This document shows positions 12,580-24,122 of a DNA stretch of 64,000 bases, in pieces. Source of the DNA: Octopus sinensis (lineage: Eukaryota); the NCBI RefSeq assembly GCF_006345805.1, contig NC_043003.1:57536001-57600000 (forward strand). Reading direction: 5' to 3'. The position numbers and the translations under genes were made by a program. The notes beneath the pieces were generated by a model. That model was not told where the DNA came from. It did no database searches and was given only the letters and a program-made list of their open reading frames with translations. How positions within the stretch are numbered: position 1 is the first letter of the stretch; every line of letters begins with the position of its first letter.

Positions 12580-12977
12580 AGTGACAGAAAATTTTTAGAA
12601 CCGAAGCGAAAGGGCTGGAAAGATATAACATCATACGGAAATAAACTTTGAACTGAGCGATATAATCGGTTTAAAATATAAATTAAATTACATTAAATTG
12701 TCTTTTAACTAATAGTCTTGTTGCTCACGCATTGTTTTATGTGAAGAGATTGAAAACTGGCCGAGTATGAATGAGCGGTGATAAGAGAAAGCTGGCGAAC
12801 GATGCATCTATAAGTGTATGTATGTGTGTGTTTGTGTGAATGCGCATATATGAGTAAGTACACAGAGAAACACACACACATATATATGTATATATATATG
12901 TATATATATGTATATATATATACATATATATACATATATATATACACATAATATATATATATATATATATGTGTGTG

Positions 12978-13170
12978 TGGCCTAGTGGTTAGGGCAGCGG
13001 ACTTGCTGTCGGAGGATCGCGGTTTCGATTCCCAGACCGGCGTTGTGTGTGTTTTATTGAGCGAAAACACCTAAAGCTCCACGAGGCTCCGGCAGTAGGT
13101 GGTGATCCCTGCTGTACTCAAAAGGCGGTGCTCCAGCATGCCGCAGTCAATGACTGAAACAAGTACAAAA
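12978..13170 (+). mobile_element. SINE family B head joined to family A 3' tail
   Basis: gtggcctagtggttagggcagcggac...ggtttcgattcccagacc...gatccctgctgtactc then aaaggcggtgctccagcatgccgcagtcaatgactgaaacaagt. Confidence 0.8.
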
Positions 13171-13257
13171 AAAAAAAAATATATTATATATATATATAAC
13201 ATATATTATATATATATATATATAATGATATATAAATATATATATAATAATATATAT

Positions 13258-13312
<55 letters not shown>

Positions 13313-13479
13313 TGCATATATATATGTAGATTTGTATGCGTGAATATATATATATGTGGTGTGTGATATATATGCCATATGTAAAGAGAGAGAGAAAGTG
13401 AGAGTGAGAGAATGATGTGTTTATGTCTGTGTGAGTGTGTGTGTGTAAATATATTTATATACATATATATGTGTGTATT

Positions 13480-13511
<32 letters not shown>

Positions 13512-13669
13512 TGTATATATGTATGTATCTATGTATGTATGTAGGTATGTGCATATGCATGTATGTACGTAAATACCTGTATACATTTGTGTGTTTATAT
13601 ATATGTGTGCATATATGTATATATATATGTATGTATATATACATATATATAATGACCAAGAGAATGAGT

Positions 13670-13719
<50 letters not shown>

Positions 13720-14921
13720 AAGAGAGAGAAGTAAGAAGATTTTTAAAGCTAAAACAAGGGGATTGAGAAGATAATATCTTACAGAAATAAACTTTGAACT
13801 GAATACTAGAATCCGTTTAAAGTAAAAATTTAATTATACTAAATTGTCTCTTAGCTTATATTGTTTCTCACGAAATATGTAAGTCAGGAGATTGGAAACT
13901 GTATATATGTATGTATCCGTGTATATATGCATGTATGTGTGTGCGCGCGCACACACCCACACACATGTATATATGCATGAGAATATATGAACGGAAAGAT
14001 TTAATATTTCCGTATTGCTTACACCTGTTTCATAATTTACTCCAGCTTACATCATTTAGGTATATATACAAAGATACGTAGCACACTCACATTATATACA
14101 TGTACGTAAAATAATATATGCACCCACACCCACGTAAACGCACTCACCCACCCACACGTTTTACAAGATACATATTGATTCGAACAATCCAGACATTTGT
14201 TCATTAAAAGTGCTTCTGCCAATTAGAAATTAGCAGGGCCTCCGACCAATGTCTACGTGAGAACCATATGCAGAAAGAAAGATTGATCGACGACTATATC
14301 AATACAGTATGTTTACCTTACAAGCAACTCCCATAAACGTGAGGTTTTATCCAATTTTTGGTTACTTCATACAAAGGAAAATGGAGGTTGGGAAGTTAAT
14401 AATTGTTTATTAATAAGTGAAAATTAATCATCTTCACTTACAGCTGTTTCAATTAATACGCAGTAAATATTAAGTAAATATTAATTTTATATTTATATGA
14501 CCTGAGCATAATCTTTTCAGAGAGAAAAAAAATACCCTTGGATGTTTTTTATGTGTTTATAGAAGTTATATATATGTGTTTATGGATTGATATATATGTG
14601 TGTATTGATTTTCGGTTTTATTATATATATATATATATTATTATATATATTATATATATAATATATACTACACACACACATGTACATATACATACATACA
14701 TACGTATATACATACTATAAAGTAATCGAGTTTGCACACAACTGAAAGAAATATGTTTTATCGACGAGAGTGAAAAGTGATGCTGAATGCTCAACGAGGA
14801 GAGATGTGTATTTACGAACGCAAGTGAACGTGTGTGTGGGTCTGTGCATGTCCTTCTGCCTGTCTCTCTGTCTATCCATCTATCTGTGTGTCTGTTCACT
14901 TCTGAGTCTGTCTGCCTGTCC

Positions 14922-14959
<38 letters not shown>

Positions 14960-14963
<4 letters not shown>

Positions 14964-15185
14964 GGAAAGTTTACGAAAATAAACAAAAGACGAAGGCAGG
15001 TGGAGTACAAACAAACAAATGTATTAGTATAGCGCTCAGGAATAGAAAAAGTCGTTTACGTTTCGAGCCTACGCTCTTCGACAGAAAGATACACAGAAAG
15101 AAACAAAGAAAGAAACAAGGAGAGAAAAAAAAGGAGAGAAAAAATGCGTGTAGTAGCTAACGATCTATCATGGCGATACACATAA
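14960..15185 (-). mobile_element. Second copy of the 3' end of the 1385-2410 family
   Basis: aaataaacaaaagacgaaggcaggtgga...gtattagtat(g/a)gcgctcagga...acgtttcgagcctacgctcttc(a/g)acagaaagatacac...gtagctaacga is shared with 1400-1590. Confidence 0.8.
15052..15089 (-). ncRNA. Hammerhead-like motif with non-canonical core (CUGUCGA)
   Basis: RC: ucuuu CUGUCGA a gagc guag gcuc GAAAC GUA aacga; stem I has one mismatch. Confidence 0.5.
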
Positions 15186-15190
15186 TCTCC

Positions 15191-15273
<83 letters not shown>

Positions 15274-15344
15274 GTCTATCTATATATCCATCTATTTGTC
15301 AATATCTCTCTCCGTCCCTCTCTCTCTATTTATCTATCTTTCTA

Positions 15345-15745
15345 GAGGCCGAGGAAGGGCGAATGGCACCTCAAGCAACTCTACCATCCCGGATCGAACT
15401 TGCACGATTGCAATACCCCTAAAGCATTTTTCAAGGATTAGTGGAGAGGAGGTATGACTACGATTTTGGGGAGAATCTGGGCGTCGACGAGGGATACCTG
15501 ACCAGCCTCTTCAAGACAACTTTCGGGAGAACTTCTAGAGATCCCTGGCCTGGCAGTGCTATCGAGAAGCACTGACCGTTCGACACAAGCTCTACAGGCA
15601 ACACCCGAGATGCGGGTCAGAGCGACGAAACCATTATGCACACACTCGTGCAGTGTCAAACTATTTCCGACCTGTAGGCTTAGGTCGAACAACTGTTGTT
15701 GTGAATGCGACGGGTCGGTATATCAGCCGAGTCTATCGTTAATAT
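15345..15745 (+). pseudogene. L1/Tx1-like LINE ORF2 C-terminal (zf-RVT) fragment
   Basis: Manual translation gives SLAWQCYREALTVRHKLYR...PRCGQSDETIMHTLVQCQTISDL*A*VEQL, with stops and indels. Confidence 0.7.
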
Positions 15746-15788
15746 TGCCCCAAAATCGTAGTCATACTTCCCCTCCACTAATATTTAA

Positions 15789-16056
15789 AAGATAGTGCTC
15801 ATGGGAACTGCCCATATCCGACGTAAAATATTGTCTATGTAATCTCAAATTTTAAGACAAACACATAATTTTCTTATGGTTTCTTAAACATTCTCTAGAA
15901 CAATACTATGTACAAAACTAAATATAAGGCACCCTAAGCATAACATGAACTTCTAACCAATATGAAATTCTAACTTGTTGTTTCTTGAGGCCTCTGGGTG
16001 AAACTTGGAGCCAACTTGTACAAATGTAAAGCAAAAGTCAAATATAAAAAATAATA

Positions 16057-16062
<6 letters not shown>
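15789..16062 (+). mobile_element. 3' end of an R4/Dong-clade (RLE) non-LTR retrotransposon, ending in an AAT/GAT array
   Basis: KIVLMGTAHIRRKILSM* (TAA 15840-15842), then a 3' UTR running into aataataatgatgat. Confidence 0.7.
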
Positions 16063-16112
<50 letters not shown>

Positions 16113-16179
16113 AATAATAATAATAATAGAAGAAGAGAAGAAGAAGAAAGAAGAAGAAGAAGAAGAAGAAGAAGAAGAA

Positions 16180-16490
16180 GAAGGCCTGCTTCATCAACGC
16201 TGACAATTGTGTAACTAAAGAAAAATTTTAACAAGGAATGAAAAAAAAACAACATGGAAGGAAAAGAAAATGTACGGTCAGTTTGCAAGAGATGTGAATG
16301 CCAAGACAGATACAGGTGGCTATGGATGAGAAGGAGTGACCTGATGATAGAGACAGAAGCACTCATATGCACAGCTCAAGAACAAGCGTTAAGAACCGGC
16401 TATATGAAGTGCAGAAATAGACAACACTACCGACAGCGACAAATGCAGAATGTGTGATGAGAGGGGGGGTGAAACGGTATGGTACATCAC
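16180..16490 (+). pseudogene. R4/Dong-clade retrotransposon fragment (post-RT / CCHC knuckle region)
   Basis: WKEKKMYGQFARDV...WMRRSDLMIETEALICTAQEQALRTGYMKCR...DKCRMCDERGETVWYI across frameshifts. Confidence 0.8.
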
Positions 16491-16644
16491 CACCACCACC
16501 ACCACCACCACCACCACCACCACCACCACCACCACCACCATCACCACCACCACCACCACCACCACCACCACCACCACGACCATCACTTTTAGAACACTAA
16601 TAAAATCTATAACATCATTACCAACACCTCCGTAACAAGCACAC

Positions 16645-16683
<39 letters not shown>

Positions 16684-17045
16684 TCACCACCACCACCACC
16701 ACCACCAACACCACCACCACCACCACCACCACCACCAACGCCGCCACTACTATCATCACTAACACTACTGATATTCACCACCAACACCAACACCACCGCC
16801 ACAGCAGCCACTACCAATACTACCAACGCTACGATCTCCACGCACATTCTACCACCACCACCACCACCACCACCACTACCACCACCACCACCACTTCAAG
16901 CGACACTAACAACTACTATAACACCATTACTATTGCCATATGCCTAATAGCCAACGATCGGCTTACCAGGCACCTCACCCCGTAACTAACAATCACCACC
17001 ACCACCACCACCACCGCCACCACCAACGCCATCGCCACCACCATA
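16488..17045. repeat. Compound (CAC)n/(ACT)n trinucleotide array
   Basis: Directly visible. Confidence 0.95.
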
Positions 17046-18058
17046 CCAGCAGCGTCAACAATGACAACAACCGTATCGACAAGCTCAATAACATAGAAAC
17101 AACATGTTAACATAACACATGCCTTATTTATATTATCATATTTTGCATCTCTTTAGAATGAGTTATGGAACATTGCATTGGTGTGTTTCATATTGTTTAT
17201 AGTTTTGGCTTTTTCGCCTCTTGTTTCTCCTATTATTTATAGTTTTTGTTCTTCGTACTAATTATTATTATTGTTTTTCGGTAACAAAACAAGAAAAGAG
17301 AAAAAATAAATAAACGAAAAAATAAAAAACCGACAAAAACGTAGGAAATTACCAAACCAAAACAGTTGATTAGGAGAACAATTTTGTTAAGATATCGTAA
17401 AATCTCGGTTGTTTTCAATCACTCATTCATTCTATGTTCTCCTCCTATTGTAATTTTACCACAGCTTATATGTCCATCGGCTTTTCTTTTACCATGTTAT
17501 TGTACTGTTGTTCTTCTCAATTCCACAATCTGTCTGATCTGTGTTTGTCTAACGCCAGACTACTAGCAATAATGAGCTAAATAAATCAACAGGAGAACAA
17601 CACCATCATCACTGAATTAGCATGCATTGTTATCTTTATCTTGTTCTTAATATAGGTGCATGCATGGCTGTGTGGTTACAAAGCACGTTTTGAGACTGCA
17701 AGGTCTCGGGTTCGGTCCCACTTCGTGGCACATTGGGCAAGTGTCTTCTTCTAAAACTCCGAACCGACCAGTGCCACGTGGATCCATTTGATAGATGGAA
17801 ATTGTGTGGAAGCCCTATAGGCATTTTCAAGAACTTAAGGCAAGTGGATCATCGACAACCATCAAACAAATCCATCCTGCGATATCACACTCTCCATGCA
17901 TTGACCGAAATGTACGTTTTACGTTATGGTTGCATTTTAGTAGAGGCTTACTGATTTCTTTATTAAGCATACGCACTATTGAATTCATCGTTTTATTTCA
18001 ACAATTACAACGACTGTCTTCTCTCAAAGCTTCAAGCTGACTAAATCATTGTGAGTGA

Positions 18059-18102
18059 ATTTGGTTCGACGGAAAATGTACACATTTTCCGTCGAACCAA
18101 AT
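18059..18102. repeat. Perfect 21-bp-arm palindrome inside a decayed SINE A segment
   Basis: atttggttcgacggaaaatgt-ac-acattttccgtcgaaccaaat. Confidence 0.95.
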
Positions 18103-18673
18103 GAAGGCCGTCAGATGTCTTATAGTATACTTCTAATTTAAAGAGTCATATTTATTCCAGGCACTGTGCTATGCTTATTCTGCTTGGGAATTACTTCAAA
18201 GATACAAAAGTTTGTGAAATAGCGAACCATTTAATCTTATAGATAAAGAGGCTCTATTTCTAATTCAAAAGACCAACCTTCTAGCAGATACATTATTACG
18301 TGGATTGTTTAATCCCGGTGACGAATCGGCATTGCTTTTATAACGCTTGATAGAATGTATCCGGGTATTTATTTCCGACTCTTGCTCTCCGAGTTCAAAT
18401 GCCACCGAAGTCAACTTTGCCTTATGCCTATTCAGAATCAATAAAATGGTACCAGTCGAAGAGAGTGGATAGGCAGAAGAGATGAAGTGTTAGATGAAAG
18501 GTTTTACATGATCTGCTTCTGACAGCAATGACTGCGACCACAGTGTAGGCTTCGAAACTGCGTAGGCTTCAAAAACCTTGGAAGATACTGGTGGTGTGGA
18601 GAGGAAGAACTTGCGTGTATGGGTAACATTGAAAACATTGCACAGGCCAGCACACACATGTGCAGATAAATCG

Positions 18674-18741
<68 letters not shown>

Positions 18742-18840
18742 ACACACACACATACACATACACACACATTCATGTATTTAACATTTGGGATTAAAAAAAT
18801 TTAATCACACACACACAATATATATATATATATATATATA

Positions 18841-19200
18841 TTGCATGGCTCAGCGGTTAGAGCGCCGAGCTTGCGATCGTGAGGTTGTGAGTTCGATTCC
18901 CCACCGGGCTACGTGTTGTGTTCTTGAACAAGATACTCTATTTCACGTTGCTCCAGTTCACTCAGCTGTAGAAATGAGTTGCGACGTCATTGGTACCAAA
19001 CTGTATCGGCCCCTTTGCCTTTCCCTTGGATAACATCGCTGACGTGGAGAGGAGAGGCTGGTATGCATGGTGACTGCTGGTCTTCCATAAAACAACCCTA
19101 GGTCGTGCGTTCGCCGGTGAGGCGACTTCCCACCCAGACTTGTACCCCGGCGGGGAACCTCTTAGATGCATACAAGGACACTCGTGACCGACAGAGTCGT
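18841..19200 (+). mobile_element. tRNA-derived SINE family C
   Basis: tggctcagcggttagagcgccgag...gagttcgattccc...cttgaacaagatactctatttcacgttgctccagttcactcagctgtagaaatgagttgcgacg. Confidence 0.85.
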
Positions 19201-20997
19201 TTAAATATATATTTGTGTGGTGTGTGTGTGTGTGTGTGTGTGTCTTTTTATTCTTTTACTTGTTCCAATCATTAGTCTGCAGCCATGATGGTGTGCCTCC
19301 TTGAAGAATTTTGGTCCAATGAGTCGAACCCAGTACTTTTTCTCTAAATTTAAGCCTGGTACCTATTCTATCAGTCTCTTTTGTCGGACCGCTAAATTAC
19401 GGGGACGTAAACACACTAACACCAGTCGACAATCAGTTGTGGGGCACCCGACATATGCAGTCGAGGCGCTGTTAAATCAAAGTGGCTAACTGTGTATCAT
19501 ACTTAATATATATACACCGTTGATAGGCTCATCACTGCAATATTCGTCCTGATATAAACGTGACATAAAATTTCTTAAGGACGTTCTGTATTAAAATATC
19601 AATAAATATCGGAGGCAGACGACAAATATCCCAGGCGAGAACGCCAGAAACATTTTGGCCTTTTGGGGTCTTTCTAATTACGTGTACTAGCAGCCAGTTG
19701 TATGCTCAGACGAAAAATTCTTTTCCCAAGAGTATCCATCGAATGCTTATCCAAGCTGTTGAATAGACTGCAGTTCAAGGGGCCAGTTTTATCCCAGATA
19801 CCCTATCATGTTGATTCTATATGAGAATTACTTTAAAGATGGACGTGTACGTCGGATCGTCAGCCATTTTGTACTGGAATACAACGAGTATACAGTTCCT
19901 TTGGTTGAACATCTGCGTCATTCATCTTCTAAAGTGACAAGTAATCCATATTATCTTCACCAATGTACACGCAATATGTCTCTCTTTATTTTTTTGTTAC
20001 TGTCATGAGCGAACCAGCTGAGTAGCGGGGTGGAGGTAGTGCAGAGCTGTGCAGAGCAGTGCAGTACTTATAGCCGCTTCCAATATATACATATAAAAAT
20101 GTGACAATACATGTTTCAATACCGAATATCAGAACAAATCCCCAGCCATTAATATATAAGGAAACGATATTGAAGTGAAATTCGCCCCCCCCTCTCCCTC
20201 CTCTCTCTCTCCCTCTCTCTTCTTCCTCTTTCTCTCTCTCCCTCCCTCTCTCTCTTCCAGCTGTAGATATTGGTTTTATTGTTCCTGTAACACCTGAGAA
20301 CGTGACAGCAAGAAAGCATTATTGTTTTTTTGGTTTTTTTTGCAACATCTATGATGGTGTCGTTCGAAGATATAGTAGGGTAAGTAAGAGTACCTTTCGT
20401 GTTGCCGATGTTTATTATGTGTAATACATACTGAATATTTATGTATTATTTCTTTCCAACGATATATAACCACACACGTTTTGTGTTTTTACACTCTCTT
20501 TGTTTCTTTTGTTTTATCTTTTACTAAAACACACAATGGAAAGAAAGTATTCTATTTCCAAGTGTGAGGTGTCAATCGTTCTGTCCGACCTGTTATTTGC
20601 GCATAAAATACATCTTTATCTAAGAAAATAAAGACCAAGTTTTATATTTTTAAATCTCTTCTTGCTCACTTTTATACAATGAATATAACAAGTTAACAAA
20701 TTAATTTTCTTGGTCACACTTCCTGTTTCAAATAACAGCCATATCAGCTCAAATCAAAGCTTACCTTTTTATATGAAGACATTATTATTCAAGAATAAAT
20801 CTGTCTGCTGTTTTAATACCAACCTACAACTAATCAATCACGACAATGACTAAGATAAATGCCCGTAAAGTGAGAATAACAAAAGACATTTTGAACGAAT
20901 TGGGTCCGTGATGATGAGGATAACAGTTACGTTTCGAATCGCGGTTTTTATGAAAAAGGATAAATCACATCATATTATATCATATCATATTATATCA

Positions 20998-21048
<51 letters not shown>

Positions 21049-21126
21049 TTATTATCTATCCGTTTCTCTACATGAGTCTTGGAGTGTGTGGGTGTGTGAG
21101 TGTGTGTGTGAGAGAGCATATATATA

Positions 21127-21161
<35 letters not shown>

Positions 21162-21164
21162 TAT

Positions 21165-21391
21165 TTTATTCTTTTACTTGTTTCAGTCATTTGATTGCAG
21201 CTATGCTGGAGCACCGCCTTTAGTCGAGCAAATCGACCCCAGGACTTATTCTTTGTAAGACTAGTACTCATTCTATCGGTATCTTTTGCCGAACTGCTAA
21301 GTTACGGGGACGTAAACACACCAGCATCGGTTGTCAAGCGTTGTTGGGGGACAAACACAGACACACAAACATATACACACACATACACACG

Positions 21392-21433
<42 letters not shown>

Positions 21434-21552
21434 TATGATGGGCTTCTTTCAGCTTCCGTCTACCAAATCCACTCACAAGGATTTGGTCAACCCGAGGCTA
21501 TAGTAGATGACACTTGCCCAAAGTGCCACGCAGTGGGACTGAACCCAGAACC
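21165..21552 (-). mobile_element. SINE family A
   Basis: Matches the reverse complement of 23685-24101 over most of its length. Confidence 0.88.
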
Positions 21553-21574
21553 ATATATATATATATATATATAT

Positions 21575-21808
21575 AAATTATAGTTAAGGGTATCTGAAAG
21601 ATAACACCATGCTAGAGATAGCAGTCAAAGCTTGACTCTAAAACTACATCAAGTATTCATACAGCATCAGGAGAAAAGACAAAGAGACAAATAAACTAGT
21701 TTCTTTGTTTTTTCTCCTGATGCTGTATACCTAATGTGGTTTTAGAGTCATGTTTTGACTGCTATCTCTAGCATGATGGTATCTTTTAAGTACCCTTAAT
21801 TATAATTT
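21575..21808. mobile_element. Foldback MITE (~105-bp arms, short loop)
   Basis: Left arm ttaagggtatctgaaagataacaccatgctagagatagcagtcaaa...atacagcatcaggagaaaa pairs with right arm ttttctcctgatgctgtat...tttgactgctatctctagcatg...acccttaa. Confidence 0.88.
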
Positions 21809-22129
21809 CAATAATAATTATTACCTATAAGGTTTTTAATCCCATGCTGGTCACTTGATATGATTCGTATTTTAAATAACGGTCTTATCTTTATTTATGT
21901 AAATTTATATATGTATATATATATATATCTTTTAGCTGTTAATTGTTTTAGTCATTAGACTCCGACCATTCTGGAGCACCAGCATTGCTTTGAAAGGTTT
22001 AGTCGAACAAATAGACCCCAGTTCCTACATTTCAATGTCTGGTACTCATTCTATTGGTCTCTTAGACCGAACTGCTACTTGCAAACCAACACCGATTCCC
22101 AGGTGGTGGGGACGAATGCAAACATAAAG

Positions 22130-22164
<35 letters not shown>

Positions 22165-22550
22165 AGACAGTTCCATAAAAAAAATTCACTAACACGGTTT
22201 TGGTCAGCTCAGAGCAATAGGGGAAGACACTTGGCCATGGTGTCACGCATTGTGACTGAACCGAAAGCCACACACACACACACATGTAATTTTCTAGGTG
22301 ATGTAATTTAATTTTTCATTTTGAATGGATAAAAGGTGTTTTTTTTCTAATTTATATTTATATATATTATATATAAATTTGATGAAATGATTGCATTGTT
22401 GAATTAAATGGAGTTGCATGAAACGATCGTACTGCATTACCTCTGGATATCCTTGTTGCTTGTTTTGATTTTAATCCCCTTATTTTGAAATTGAATGGAT
22501 AATACCGTACTAAATACTGGTGCCTCAACTTAAGTACCATATTCATCTGA

Positions 22551-22638
<88 letters not shown>

Positions 22639-22652
22639 CACACACACACACA

Positions 22653-22691
<39 letters not shown>

Positions 22692-23019
22692 TATATTAAT
22701 AAAGAAAGTACTGTTAGGCCTCCATGTCGTCCTGCCACTAAGTTGTCAGATTACCAGTCTACTGCAGCTCACAATTCACTTCTACACAAAATTCCTGGTT
22801 AATGATAAAATCTGAAAATACAATTCTTCAACTAAGCTTTTCTTTAAAACTAAAACTCCACCCCACAAAAAGCAAAAAAACAAAAACATAAACAACTCCT
22901 TTTTTTGTCCAACATTGTTATCGCTGTTATTTAGCCCCAGGCCAAGCCTGATGGATGAGATCTATGATAAAAGACATCACGAAGTCATAACCGTCCCGCC
23001 TTTTCGCACATTTACCAGA

Positions 23020-23337
23020 ATCGTTAGCGCGCTGGAGGAAATGCTTAAAGGTATTTCGCCAGTCGTACCAGTTACGTACTGGGGTCGATATAATCGATAA
23101 TCGATTTAATCCGTTTGTCTGTCCTTGTTTGTCCCCTCTGTGTTTAGCCCCTTGTGGGTAGTAAAGAAATAGGTATTTCGCCAGTCGCAATATTCTGAGT
23201 TTCAAATTCCGCCGAGGTCGACTTTACCTTTCATCCTTTCGGGGTCGATAAATTAAGTACCAGTGAAAAACTGGGGTCGATGTAATCGACTAGTCCACTC
23301 CCCTAAAATTTCAGACCTTGTGGCTATAGTAGAAATG
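23020..23337 (+). mobile_element. SINE family D host with a 5'-truncated family D copy inserted (17-bp TSD)
   Basis: aggtatttcgccagtcg duplicated at 23049-23065 and 23171-23187. Confidence 0.75.
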
Positions 23338-23428
23338 ATTATATATTGTCGAAGATGTCCTTTTTATATGGGTGTTATTTGGGGTAGATTTAGTTGTTAT
23401 TTCTAAAAGTTTCAGCAGTCATTTCGAT

Positions 23429-23684
23429 CAGTGCTCTGCAACCCGTATGCTGCGGCACACGGGTGTGCCACGAGACGATGCTAGGTGTGCTGTAGTGTAA
23501 CCTGAATATAACTTTTTTCCCTACACTTTTAGCTATAATTTGAGTTCATATTTATCTAAGATTCCTAGTCTAAGCGTACTTTTCGTCTTACCAGTGTCAA
23601 TCACACAAGTACCTTGATTAATGAATCCATAAGGACACCAATACAAACGTGTTTTCATACAACAAGCACACATATTATAAATAT
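23429..23684 (+). mobile_element. hAT-type element end; its internal ~130 bp recurs at ~27430-27560
   Basis: cagtgctctgcaacc...tgcggcacacgggtgtgccacgagacgatgctaggtgtgc resembles Charlie/SPIN-like subterminal sequence. gattcctagtct...ccaatacaaacg...catacaaca is duplicated. Confidence 0.5.
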
Positions 23685-24101
23685 AGGCGTAGGAGTGGCT
23701 GTGTGCTAAGTAGCTTGCTTACGAACCACATGGTCCTGGGTTCAGTCCCACTGCGTGGCACCTTGGGCAAGTGTCTTCTACTATAGCCTCGGGCCAACCA
23801 AAGCCTTGTGAGTAGATTTGGTAGACGGAAACTGAAAGAAGCCCGTCATATATAAGTATATGTATATATGTATATCCATGTGTGTGTATATGTTTGTGTG
23901 TCTGTGTTTGTCCACCGGCAAACCGATGCTGGTGTGTTTACGTCCCCGTAACTTAGCGGTTTGGCAAAAGAGACCGACAGAATAAGTACTAGGCTTACAA
24001 AGAAAAAGTCCTGGATTCGATTTGCTCGACTAAAGGCGGTGCTCCAGCATGGCCACAGTCAAATGACTGAAACATGTAAAAGAGAGTAAAGAGTAAAGAG
24101 T
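23685..24101 (+). mobile_element. SINE family A, complete, low divergence
   Basis: aggcgtaggagtggctgtgtg...gggttcagtcccactgcgtggcaccttgggcaagtgtc...central TA/TG tract...ggcggtgctccagcatggccacagtcaaatgactgaaac, tail (agagtaa)n. Confidence 0.92.
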
Positions 24102-24122
24102 ATATGTATGTTTTATGTTGTA

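Noticed and set aside
19817-19867. Minus-strand MADDPTYTSIFKVILI*, reminiscent of a Rab N-terminus
   Set aside because: It stops where the P-loop should begin and no GxxxxGKS/T follows; likely chance.
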